Source of the DNA: a virus
DNA: 64,000 bases
Virus record (IMG/VR): IMGVR_UViG_3300048930_000242
Coordinates: 89,341 to 153,340 of that record
Direction: 5' to 3' (one strand)
A program made the translations under genes and the position numbers. The notes below the pieces were generated by a model, which saw only the letters and a program-made list of their open reading frames with translations, had not been told where the DNA came from and did not search any database. Every line of letters begins with the position of its first letter. Positions within the stretch are counted from its first letter, which is position 1. Of this stretch, positions 36,937-45,400 are shown in pieces.

Positions 36937-37012
36937 TGGCGCCTCCTCCAGGTTTCGAACCTGACTCTCCTGCTTTTCAAGCAGGCGCTTTCACCAGATT
37001 AGCTTAGAAGGC
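36937..37012 (-). tRNA. tRNA-Phe(GAA)
   Basis: cloverleaf, CCA. Confidence 0.88.
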
Positions 37013-37088
37013 ATTGTGATAGTTGGCTCCTTGGTTTGAGGATTTGGCGACTTCCATCGTCGTCATTAGCCTTAAGGAGCTCGTTGAT

Positions 37089-37164
37089 TGGCAGCGAAGG
37101 TTGGTTTCGATCCAACTGCAATACTTTCAGAGAGTATCGGCTCAGCCACTTGCTCTTCTTCGCT
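37089..37164 (-). tRNA. tRNA-Gln(CTG)
   Basis: CTCTGAA loop, CCA, T-loop ATCGAAA. Confidence 0.78.
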
Positions 37165-37170
37165 ATTGTT

Positions 37171-37246
37171 TGGCAGCCCAGTACGGGATCGAACCGTATC
37201 CTCAGCGCTTCAAAGGCGCGGATGCAAGCCATTACACCACTGGGCA
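37171..37246 (-). tRNA. tRNA-Gln(TTG)
   Basis: cloverleaf, CCA. Confidence 0.85.
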
Positions 37247-37255
37247 ACAATTGTT

Positions 37256-37332
37256 TGGCTCCTGAGGTACGACTCGAACGTACAGCCTCCGAATTAACAG
37301 TCCGGTGAATCTACCATTGATCCTACTCAGGA
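37256..37332 (-). tRNA. tRNA-Asn(GTT)
   Basis: cloverleaf, CCA. Confidence 0.88.
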
Positions 37333-37341
37333 ATTGAATTT

Positions 37342-37432
37342 TGGTGCGCGCAGATGGACTCGAACCACCACAGACTTATTTGGATGCGGCTGCTTTACAG
37401 GCAGCGGAGCTCAACCAGTGCTCAGTACGCGC
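37342..37432 (-). tRNA. tRNA-Tyr(GTA)
   Basis: class II cloverleaf, CCA. Confidence 0.88.
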
Positions 37433-37441
37433 GTTGAAACT

Positions 37442-37517
37442 TGGTCTCTGAGAGAGGACTCGAACCTCCAACCCCTGCGCCCCAAACGCAAAGCTCTACC
37501 AATTGAGCTACTCAGAG
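37442..37517 (-). tRNA. tRNA-Pro(TGG)
   Basis: cloverleaf, CCA. Confidence 0.9.
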
Positions 37518-37589
37518 AGAAAACTTTACAAGTAGATGGTTCATTCTACCACCAAACCATCTGCTTGTACAGCTTTGAAGTGTAACAAG

Positions 37590-38490
37590 GTAGCCTGAGA
37601 ATACGGCTTCCGGTGGTTGCCTTTCGGAGCATTATCACCATGTTGCGACACGGCGTTCTCTCCTTATCCACCTCCAGCAAGGAGGTATCAACCGTAGCGG
37701 CCTTTTTAGACTGGTGGCGTTTCCAGTGTCGTCATGTTCTATTCCAGGCCTTGTCTACCGCCTACCTTGCGACGAGCAGTACGGGCTGCTACACCCTACG
37801 TGCGACTCTTCCTGAACAACCTTTGACTTTGCGATTCTTAGGTTGACTTGATTCACCCGAAGGTGTCAAGTATTACGCTACTTTCAAACATGACCGGCAA
37901 CGACTTTGCGTTTTAGTTGATGTGGGATTTGAACCGCACGCCAATTCCTTTAGATGGAATTGCTCTACCAATGAGCTAATCGTAACCTCCTGAAGACGAG
38001 CGTTGCCGTGACTTCATGGACTTTTGGTCCACAAAATACCACCCGCCTAGTATCCTTTCGACCGCTAAGTCTAGTCAGATCAGTTGTACCTTCTCGGCTC
38101 TTGCGAAGCCGAAACCTTACAACCTGGTGAACCGCTCTTGGCCGCTAAACCTCGAACTTTGATCACCTTCATGTTCAGCTTTGCTACTCGGTCTGTTTCG
38201 CTATGATATGCGAGTGCGAATCGCCAGGAGTCTTTCTACCAGTTGGCCTTGGACTCTTTTCTCATCAAACCTTCGCGGCTATCTCCGTCACCGAAGAGGC
38301 GCTTGTGGCGCCAGCGTTGCATGATTGTTTAGATGGACCTTTCGGCGGTGGTCGGGGAGGCCTTCCACCTTTCTGCACCTTGCGGTACAACATCCTTTCA
38401 TCTTTTCACTTTCGATCAAGATGTGCTAAACCAGACGGATTTCTCCGTTTCGTCCTTTTTGAAGGGAGGACTCTTCAGTAGTTCCCTTTG
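37590..38490 (-). ncRNA. large structured ncRNA, GOLLD-like
   Basis: ~900 nt without a credible ORF inside a phage tRNA array; many GNRA/UUCG hairpins; embedded tRNA-like domain; 3' end ...CCGAAAGG...GTATTCTCAGGC. Confidence 0.7.
37914..37987 (-). tRNA. degenerate tRNA-like domain, anticodon CTA, embedded in the large ncRNA
   Basis: TAGCTCATTGGTAGAGC D arm, AATTCC-ATCTAAA-GGAATT, GGTTCAAATCC; bulged acceptor, no CCA. Confidence 0.65.
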
Positions 38491-38495
38491 AAGCT

Positions 38496-38570
38496 TGGCG
38501 CGCCGCGTAGGACTCGAACCCACATCTTTCGGCTTTGGAGGCCGACATCTTGCCATTAGACGAACGACGC
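38496..38570 (-). tRNA. tRNA-Trp(CCA)
   Basis: cloverleaf, CCA. Confidence 0.88.
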
Positions 38571-38576
38571 AACGAG

Positions 38577-38650
38577 TGGCGGGATGGAAGGGAATCGAAC
38601 CCTCATTCTCTCGTAGACAGCGAGGCATCTTACCACTAGATGACCACCCC
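38577..38650 (-). tRNA. tRNA-Asp(GTC)
   Basis: cloverleaf, CCA. Confidence 0.88.
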
Positions 38651-38742
38651 TTAAACTTGGACTGCGGTATCGGCGCAGCCTCCGGCGGAATTTTACCGCT
38701 CGGTCCGCTTTGGTCTTCGACCTGCGCTTCCGCTTTCCTCTC

Positions 38743-38819
38743 TGGTGGACACATATGGGGATCGAACCCATGACATTCTGCTTGCAAGGCAGACGCTCTC
38801 CCAGCTGAGCTAATGGCCC
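38743..38819 (-). tRNA. tRNA-Ala(TGC)
   Basis: cloverleaf, CCA. Confidence 0.88.
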
Positions 38820-38901
38820 GTAAAATGGTGTACGCTATCGCGGCACGGTCGCCGGATTTCTACCGGTGGTTAGGACTCTAATCATAACCATTGTCGATTT
38901 A

Positions 38902-38976
38902 TGGTGGACCAACGGGGAATCGAACCCCGAACTCAAGCTTGCAAGGCTAGTGTGTTCCCAGTTATACCATCGGCCC
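38902..38976 (-). tRNA. tRNA-Ala(TGC), second copy
   Basis: cloverleaf, G3:U70, CCA. Confidence 0.85.
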
Positions 38977-39329
38977 GTAAATTTCGGTTCACGGACTGAC
39001 CAGGCTCATGTCCCGCGTCCAAACCGTCTCTAGGCTGCTACCGCCATTGAGCTCCACGTGGTGAAATTTGCTCTTGAGCCTCTATCAGAGCTACCCGACG
39101 GCTGCGGCCATTTGCTGGTCCGAGAAGCGTGCGCCGCCAAGATCATTGGTTACGTCTTCGCTTCCGTTCTTTGTCGGTTTCTACATTTGTAATTCGTCCC
39201 TTTATGGCGGACGGCCTCCAGATGGTTCTATCAAATGGCTAGAACCAACAACATGCCCAATTGGCGCTCCGTCTAGCCGGAACAACGCTGAAGGTTCTTG
39301 ATTGACCAGTACCTACACCTGTCATTGTT

Positions 39330-39405
39330 TGGTACACCTAGAAGGACTCGAACCCTCATTCCCCGGTAATCGGCCGGACGTCCTACGCAATTGGACGATA
39401 GGTGC
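39330..39405 (-). tRNA. tRNA with GAT anticodon and atypical loop (CCGATTA)
   Basis: intact cloverleaf and CCA, but C33 and U37. Confidence 0.7.
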
Positions 39406-39411
39406 ATTGTT

Positions 39412-39485
39412 TGGAGCGGGTAACGAGGATCGAACTCGTCTCTCAAGCTTGGAAGGCTAGGGCACAACCACTATACCATACCCGC
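39412..39485 (-). tRNA. tRNA-Gly(TCC)
   Basis: cloverleaf, CCA. Confidence 0.9.
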
Positions 39486-39496
39486 ATTTGTAACTT

Positions 39497-39572
39497 TGGA
39501 GCCCTAAGACGGATTTGAACCGCCATCTGAGTCCTTACAAGGGACCTATGTTACCGTTAACACCATCAGGGC
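39497..39572 (-). tRNA. tRNA-Thr(TGT)
   Basis: cloverleaf, CCA. Confidence 0.88.
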
Positions 39573-40211
39573 TTATTTTCTTCCGCTTCTCCATCCTTCT
39601 GGAATCTCTTGATCTTTCTTAATCTTCTTATTCAGGATTCCATCTGTAATCCATTTAGTTCCGAATTGTGAATTTTTAGAACCTTCTCGTGCACCTTTTA
39701 ATGTTTGACTAATTTTTCTTTTAGTTTCATCGGAATGTGTTTTTCCATTCCAATCAAATCGTTCATCACCTAAAAAGTATTTTCCATAAATCTTAAACCG
39801 AGTTTTCGCTGTGTTTGCGGCTCTAAGACTTCGACGAATTGGATCAATTTCGTCGTTTTTACTAATCTTTTCATTTCCAATAAGAGAAAGATTTTTTCTC
39901 TTATGTGAATCATACGATTGATTCGCAAAATCCCAACCACCTTCTCCGCCAATCTTTAAATTGTAACATTTGCCGGAATCGAGAACTTCTTCAGTCACCA
40001 ATTCTTTCTCTTTTGAGAAAGCCTCTTCTTTCGTTTCAAAGGAGTAAAGAACTTCTTTCACAAAATTCTCTACTCCGTACTTCTTGATTGCGTACTTAAG
40101 CCTCTTACCTGAACCCAGATAGTCATCATTGGGGTCAGTGGTCTTATGTACGCCTATATAGAACATTCCGTTAATCTTATTGGTTGTCCTATAGACTGTA
40201 TAGACTAACAT
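39573..40211 (-). mobile_element. GIY-YIG homing endonuclease with NUMOD3
   Basis: VYRTTN...YIGVH...YLGSG...YNLKIGGEGG, HSDETKRKIS. Confidence 0.9.
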
Positions 40212-40252
40212 ATGGTTCCTTTGGAAGGTTCACGATATGTTATCTATACTGA

Positions 40253-40328
40253 GGGTGGGTTGCCGAGGACTCGAACCTCGTTCTCACCGCTTAAGAGGCG
40301 GGACTCTAACCTGTTGAGTTAGCAAGGC
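40253..40328 (-). pseudogene. tRNA-Lys(CTT) with broken acceptor stem
   Basis: intact D/AC/T arms; two C:C mismatches in acceptor; ends ACCC. Confidence 0.65.
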
Positions 40329-40423
40329 GTAACTTTTCTCATTCTTGAAACTTCTCGGCATTACTAGGCACAACTCCGTAGAGAATTACGCACCGTTTCA
40401 AACCAAGAAGCCTCAAGGATGAG

Positions 40424-40497
40424 GGACCGGGGTTGGATTTGAACCAACGTCCTTCGGCACATAAGCCGCTGCTCTTCCAGACTGAGCTACCCGATCC
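40424..40497 (-). pseudogene. tRNA-like gene with 6-nt anticodon loop, no CCA
   Basis: TAGCTCAG..GG.AGAGC D arm, GGTTCAAATCC, loop TTATGT. Confidence 0.6.
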
Positions 40498-40675
40498 ATT
40501 GCGAGTCGGCGGGACCATTTAAGGACACAACCGACTTCTTTGTGTTACATCTCTAAGTTTTGTGTACCACTGAAGAGCTTGTTGCTTGAAGCGGAGGCAT
40601 TTCGCTTTCCGTCATCTGTTGAAACTATTCTACCACCAATTCTTCGCGATGTCCAGCAGAGAATTGTAACAATTT

Positions 40676-40861
40676 CTACTCTACTACTCGTTCCGTCACA
40701 ACCACGTAATCATAGCCGCAATCAACCCAGCGACCATCCGACAACAAGAACTGCTCATAAACCCGAGCATCTTCTTCGCGGAAGAACAATCGCAACGAAC
40801 CTTCCGATTCGCCTTCGTAATCGCAACCACCGATCACCGACCATACAGACAAACGTTCCAT
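40676..40861 (-). CDS. small hypothetical protein
   Basis: AGGAG RBS; DYEGE motif. Confidence 0.55.
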   Translation of the reverse strand: MERLSVWSVIGGCDYEGESEGSLRLFFREEDARVYEQFLLSDGRWVDCGYDYVVVTERVVE

Positions 40862-41099
40862 TTCGATCTCCTAGGCAGTCAAGACAAATCATCATTGACT
40901 TTCCTACTGCGCTTGGAGCCTCTTGAACCGTTCCTCCATCTGATGGAACAATTCTACCACCTTCGAACCTGGATGTCCACAACTATTTCACCTGAGATTG
41001 TAAACAATTCTGCATGGTGACCGAGGATCATCTAGGTGAAAGTTCCAGTGGTTCAGTCCACCACACTTTGCAACTTTCACCTAGACGGTCTTCTAAAGC

Positions 41100-41126
41100 A
41101 AGAAAGGTCCTTTCGGACCTTTCTTT
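41100..41126. terminator. bidirectional rho-independent terminator
   Basis: AAGAAAGGTCC-TTTC-GGACCTTTCTT. Confidence 0.8.
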
Positions 41127-41375
41127 GTAACTAAGAGGTAGCGGTGTCCGAACCGTCTACTCCATGAACCCTTCTTCTGCCTTGCCTTCTACCTGCCAAC
41201 CATCTACTGCGCCTTTATCCAGTCCGTTCCCGGTGCCATTAGCTGGAAAGAGGGAAATTCTGGCCGAAGCATGCTTGACGATGCCGCGAGGATAGGATTG
41301 AGTTGTCGGTGAGTTCTTTTTCATATGTTATCTATCTCCAAAAGTGGCACTTTCGTGCCACTGAATTGTAAATTT

Positions 41376-41996
41376 TCACTGCTTCGGCTTATGATGATCG
41401 TGCCAAGCAATAGGACGAGCCATCAGGTAAGCCGCTACCTCATCCAGACGGAAGATCCGGTTGGCCGGCTCTCCGGTCACATGAGGAGAGTCGAATCCAA
41501 CGTCACAACGCCGACCGTAACCTTCGTTGCTCAGCGAACCATGGGTGTGACCATGAACATGCATCACTCCATAATGGCTCTTGTTCCAGACCTGGAGAGC
41601 GAAGTGGTCACAGACCATCTCTTCGTTCTTGCCGAACTTCAGAGTCAAGCGTTCACCATGCATCCACCACTTAGTGTAACCGACCGAGGAGAGCCGACGG
41701 CACATGTTGAACATATGTTGATCGTCGTCATGGTTGCCAAGAATCGAGTGGACTTCCTTGACCTTGATGCCGCTCAGCAGTTCGACGGTCTCGTCATAGC
41801 GACCGAATGTCAGGTCACCCAGATGGATGAACACGCCATTCGGACCAACAGTCTCGTTGATATGGTTCACGATCCATGCGTTCATCTCATCGGCGTTCGC
41901 CCACCGGTTTCCACGGTTCGGCTGGAACTTCAAGATGTTCTTATGGAAGAAGTGGAGATCCGACGAGATCCACGTGTTGGTTGCATCTACTCTCAT
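41376..41996 (-). CDS. calcineurin-like metallophosphoesterase
   Basis: SDLHFFH, HLGD, GNHD, HVHGHTH, DVGFD. Confidence 0.9.
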   Translation of the reverse strand: MRVDATNTWISSDLHFFHKNILKFQPNRGNRWANADEMNAWIVNHINETVGPNGVFIHLGDLTFGRYDETVELLSGIKVKEVHSILGNHDDDQHMFNMCRRLSSVGYTKWWMHGERLTLKFGKNEEMVCDHFALQVWNKSHYGVMHVHGHTHGSLSNEGYGRRCDVGFDSPHVTGEPANRIFRLDEVAAYLMARPIAWHDHHKPKQ

Positions 41997-42187
41997 ACAA
42001 TCACTCGCAGTCCGTAATGGGTGATGTGGAACTTATTAGCCTTGCTGAAGTTGCTCAAGCCGGCCCAAGCATCTTTTACTTGCTCGTTGATCGTTCCCCA
42101 AGGGAAAAGATCAAGAACCTTTTTGACTTCGGCGTAAGCCGCATCGTAAAGGGCTTTTTCTGCTTGGGTCGGCTTCCGTGTTTTCAT
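41993..42187 (-). CDS. small hypothetical protein
   Basis: promoter copy and GGAG RBS. Confidence 0.55.
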   Translation of the reverse strand: MKTRKPTQAEKALYDAAYAEVKKVLDLFPWGTINEQVKDAWAGLSNFSKANKFHITHYGLRVIV

Positions 42188-42212
42188 TGCTGTATCTCCA
42201 GTTGGTAGGTGA

Positions 42213-42257
42213 ATTCTACCATAACTAAGAGATCTTGTCCAGCACTGAATTGTAAAC
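42213..42257 (-). promoter_or_regulatory. early-type promoter copy
   Basis: exact 22-mer, then N17-TAGAAT. Confidence 0.88.
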
Positions 42258-42505
42258 TATGCTGCATCCACTGTGATCAGCAGAGTGCCACCTGGAAGCT
42301 GCTGCTCGAAGGTGATGCCCATCCGCGGGAAGTTCGTGTAGGCCAAACGATCCACGTAGTAAAGGAAGTCGACCGCTCGCTCTGGAAGCTTGGAAACGTC
42401 CACTGAGTCGAGGCAGTCATGGATCGTCGGCCCGACGACAATTCGCTCAGCTACCGGCTCGCCAAGCAGGTCAACTATTGCAAGGGTGATCATTGCGGAA
42501 CTCAT
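42257..42505 (-). CDS. hypothetical protein
   Basis: ATGA overlap with def. Confidence 0.55.
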   Translation of the reverse strand: MSSAMITLAIVDLLGEPVAERIVVGPTIHDCLDSVDVSKLPERAVDFLYYVDRLAYTNFPRMGITFEQQLPGGTLLITVDAA

Positions 42506-43182
42506 GCTGCTTCTCCTTTTTCCTTGGCCATTTCTTTGAACTTTCGGCGGTACTTCTTCTCGCGGCGCTTCCCGTCTTCCTTGGCGTATTCCCAATGGAG
42601 AGAAGTCACTCGATCCTGCATGGTAATGCCCATCAGATGATCGAACTCATGCTGCCACACGGTTGCCGCGAAGCCATCGACCGATCCAGACCGAGGGTTG
42701 CCCTTGATGTCCAAGAAGTCCACATCGATCCTGGCCAATCGAGACACGGTGACCTGGACGAACGGGTAGGACAAACAGCCCTCGATTCCGGTCGACTTTT
42801 TGGTATAGCTCGATGGCTCGGTGTTCTCGAAGATCTTCGGATTGCATGCCACCAGAAACTCAGTGGCGTCGTCCTTGGTCGGAACTACGATCATCGCATA
42901 CGGCAAACCCATCTGAGGAGCGGCGATGCCAACGGCCTTCATGGCCATCAGCTGAGCGACCAGAACTTGAGCCGCCCTGGAGACCAATTCGGTCTCGGTG
43001 AACATCCTCGGATGGATCTCGGCGGTCAGAGTATGGAGCACCGGGTCGTCGCAATGGATCAGCTTCGGGCCAGAATCCAACCAAGATTCGAAATCACTCT
43101 TAGTCTTAATGAACACATCATCGTCTAATGAATGAGTTTTGTAAGTTTCGTTAAAAAATTCAACGCTATTATCTTGGTTCAT
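42502..43182 (-). CDS. def: peptide deformylase
   Basis: GIAAPQMG, EGCLS, QHEFDHLMG. Confidence 0.92.
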   Translation of the reverse strand: MNQDNSVEFFNETYKTHSLDDDVFIKTKSDFESWLDSGPKLIHCDDPVLHTLTAEIHPRMFTETELVSRAAQVLVAQLMAMKAVGIAAPQMGLPYAMIVVPTKDDATEFLVACNPKIFENTEPSSYTKKSTGIEGCLSYPFVQVTVSRLARIDVDFLDIKGNPRSGSVDGFAATVWQHEFDHLMGITMQDRVTSLHWEYAKEDGKRREKKYRRKFKEMAKEKGEAA

Positions 43183-43813
43183 AATCGGCGGCCTTTAATT
43201 TTCTTGCGTTAGTGTTGCCTATTCTTGATTTTGCCATGTTCTCTTTTGCTTCTTTTGAAAATCTAACTCTTCCATATTGCCACCCAGCCGGAAGATTTTC
43301 AGATTTGCTTATTTGCTTTTCTTCAATGCCGTTAGAAATCCATTTTGTTCCGTATCCTTTACTTTTCTCGCCGACGTATTTGCCTTTTAAAGCAAGGCTC
43401 ATTTTCATTTTCGTTTCTTCAGTAGCAATTAAGCCGGTTCTAGAATTACTAATCCTAGATTTTGTTTCTTTCGAATGAGTTCTTCCATATTGAACTCCGT
43501 TCGGAAATTTATCTAAGAGAGACTTCCTAGCAAAATCCCAACCACCTTCTCCACCGATTTTCAAATTATAGCATGATCCAGAATTAAGAACTTCTTCAGT
43601 GACCAGCTGTTTCTCTTTGGTGTAGGCTTCTTCTTTAGAATCAAAGGAATAGAGAACTTCTTTTACAAAATTCTCTGCTCCATATTTCTTGATTGCTCGC
43701 CTAATCCATTTTCCAGACCCAAGATAATGATCGTCCTGATTTGAAGTTTGGTGAACTCCAATATAGAATTTCCCGTCAATTAGATTAGTGGTTCGGTAAA
43801 CAGTGAATTTCAT
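43169..43813 (-). mobile_element. GIY-YIG homing endonuclease with NUMOD3 repeats
   Basis: VYRTTN...YIGVH...YLGSG; close paralog of 39573-40211. Confidence 0.9.
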
Positions 43814-44877
43814 TCACTCTCTACCTCATCTAGTTGGGATTCTGCGAAAGCGGCCATCGAAGCGTCGTAGGAATCCTTCTCACGCTGAGCCATTGTGAGG
43901 AACCCAATCCGCTGTTGCTCGTCCATCTCGACGAACATCTTCACATGACCGCGCTGGAACAAGAACTCGACCAGATGGAACATCGGAGCGGTGAAGTGAT
44001 TCGTCCAGGCCGAATGCTCGATAGGATGCGGGTTGCCATCCTTGTCGACCAAACGCTTCGACCGACCGAGGTACTTCAGGATCTTGTAGAACGGAGTCTT
44101 GAACTTCGCCAAAGGCTGTCCAGTCGGTGAGAGGATCATGTAGCCCTCGTGCCGATAGGAAAGGCTCAACTCCAGGATTTCGTCAACGGTGGTCCGGAGG
44201 AAATGCGGACGAAACACGGTCGCTCCATTCGCCGCCAACCAGTACTCGATGTCGTCCAGAGACTCAGGGCAAAGCAGACCAACCGGCTCTGAGATCACTC
44301 GAGCTCCGATCAACCAGGCTGAATGCCCACGACCAGTCTTCTGCTCCGAGATGATATGCGGATCACGGTCATGCACGATCTCGAAGAGGTAGGTGTAGTC
44401 ATCGTAGGTCTCATCTATCGACTGCATCCGCTTCTGGCCAGTGAGTCGGCCAAGAGCCTCAAGCACTCGGTTCTCGGTCAGAACAGTTCGAGCCATGTCG
44501 ACAAAGTCCGACTCCAAGGAACCGGTGGTCGAGACACGCCACTCACCGTTGTAGAACCAGACCGCGGCCATGAAGCCATTGACCTTGTATTCGGCGATCA
44601 CGTCATGGACACCAGCATCCGCCAAGGACTCGACATCTACTTCCTCCAGACGGAAGAACGGACGGCACACAACGGTCTTGGTCTCGATGTCGAAGACAAT
44701 GCCACGAGCATGGATCAAAAACTCCAGGTCACGATTCTCGTCCAACCAGGAGCGGCTGAAGAAAGCATCGCGACTGTACTTGAAGAGACGAAGACCATCC
44801 TTGTCACGGAAGTTCACCTGGCGCTTCTGTCCGACAGACACTTCCATCAATCGGTCAAACAACTCTGAGTCGTTCAT
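43810..44877 (-). CDS. RNA ligase 1 (T4 RnlA-like)
   Basis: ARGIVFD, PFF, EYKVNG adenylation motif, TYLFE, HEGYMI, KFKT. Confidence 0.85.
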   Translation of the reverse strand: MNDSELFDRLMEVSVGQKRQVNFRDKDGLRLFKYSRDAFFSRSWLDENRDLEFLIHARGIVFDIETKTVVCRPFFRLEEVDVESLADAGVHDVIAEYKVNGFMAAVWFYNGEWRVSTTGSLESDFVDMARTVLTENRVLEALGRLTGQKRMQSIDETYDDYTYLFEIVHDRDPHIISEQKTGRGHSAWLIGARVISEPVGLLCPESLDDIEYWLAANGATVFRPHFLRTTVDEILELSLSYRHEGYMILSPTGQPLAKFKTPFYKILKYLGRSKRLVDKDGNPHPIEHSAWTNHFTAPMFHLVEFLFQRGHVKMFVEMDEQQRIGFLTMAQREKDSYDASMAAFAESQLDEVESE

Positions 44878-44880
44878 TTT

Positions 44881-45153
44881 CTACTCCGCCTTGGCGACAG
44901 CTTCTTTGATCTTCTGGATCGCCTCGTCGAGCATGGCGATCAACTTGATCGGAGGAGCTGTTTCGGTCACATTGATGAGAAATTTGCAGGCCGCAAGAAG
45001 ATCCGGAGCAGCCGCGAAGATTTTAGCCTCTTCTTCTTCGAAGCCGCCGTCGGTGCTGCCAATCTCATGGCCGTCGGCGTCATGAATCACGAACCAGTCA
45101 TTGGTGTCTTCACCGGAATATGCGGTCCACGGAGTTGGGTGACGTTCGCTCAT
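44881..45153 (-). CDS. hypothetical phage protein
   Basis: HPTPW...AAAPDLLAAC motif. Confidence 0.7.
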   Translation of the reverse strand: MSERHPTPWTAYSGEDTNDWFVIHDADGHEIGSTDGGFEEEEAKIFAAAPDLLAACKFLINVTETAPPIKLIAMLDEAIQKIKEAVAKAE

Positions 45154-45190
45154 AACAAATCTCCAGTTAGTAGATGTATTCTACCAGAAC

Positions 45191-45400
45191 TCAGCCACCT
45201 TGTCCAGCGTCGGATTGTACATAAGTGGAAACAATGTACTTCTCCGCTCTGGTCGATCCGGCCATGTAGAACAGCACCGAGTCCTCCACGTTGAACTTCT
45301 GGCAGAACGCCTGACCCATTCGCTTCGGAGCGAACTTGCCGAGGTGGAAGTCGGTCAACCAGGTCTCGGCTTCTTCTCTGCTTAGGAACTTACCTTTCAT
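45191..45400 (-). CDS. hypothetical protein
   Basis: RMGQAFC..FN motif. Confidence 0.6.
   Translation of the reverse strand: MKGKFLSREEAETWLTDFHLGKFAPKRMGQAFCQKFNVEDSVLFYMAGSTRAEKYIVSTYVQSDAGQGG

Noticed and set aside
38980-39328. RNase P RNA
   Set aside because: The size fits, but the GAGGAAAGUCC and AGAACCCGGCUUA P4 signatures are absent on both strands.
26631-39467. ORFs overlapping tRNA genes (for example 26631-26921, 33602-33991, 36334-36657, 38416-38787)
   Set aside because: They are translations of tRNA or ncRNA sequence.
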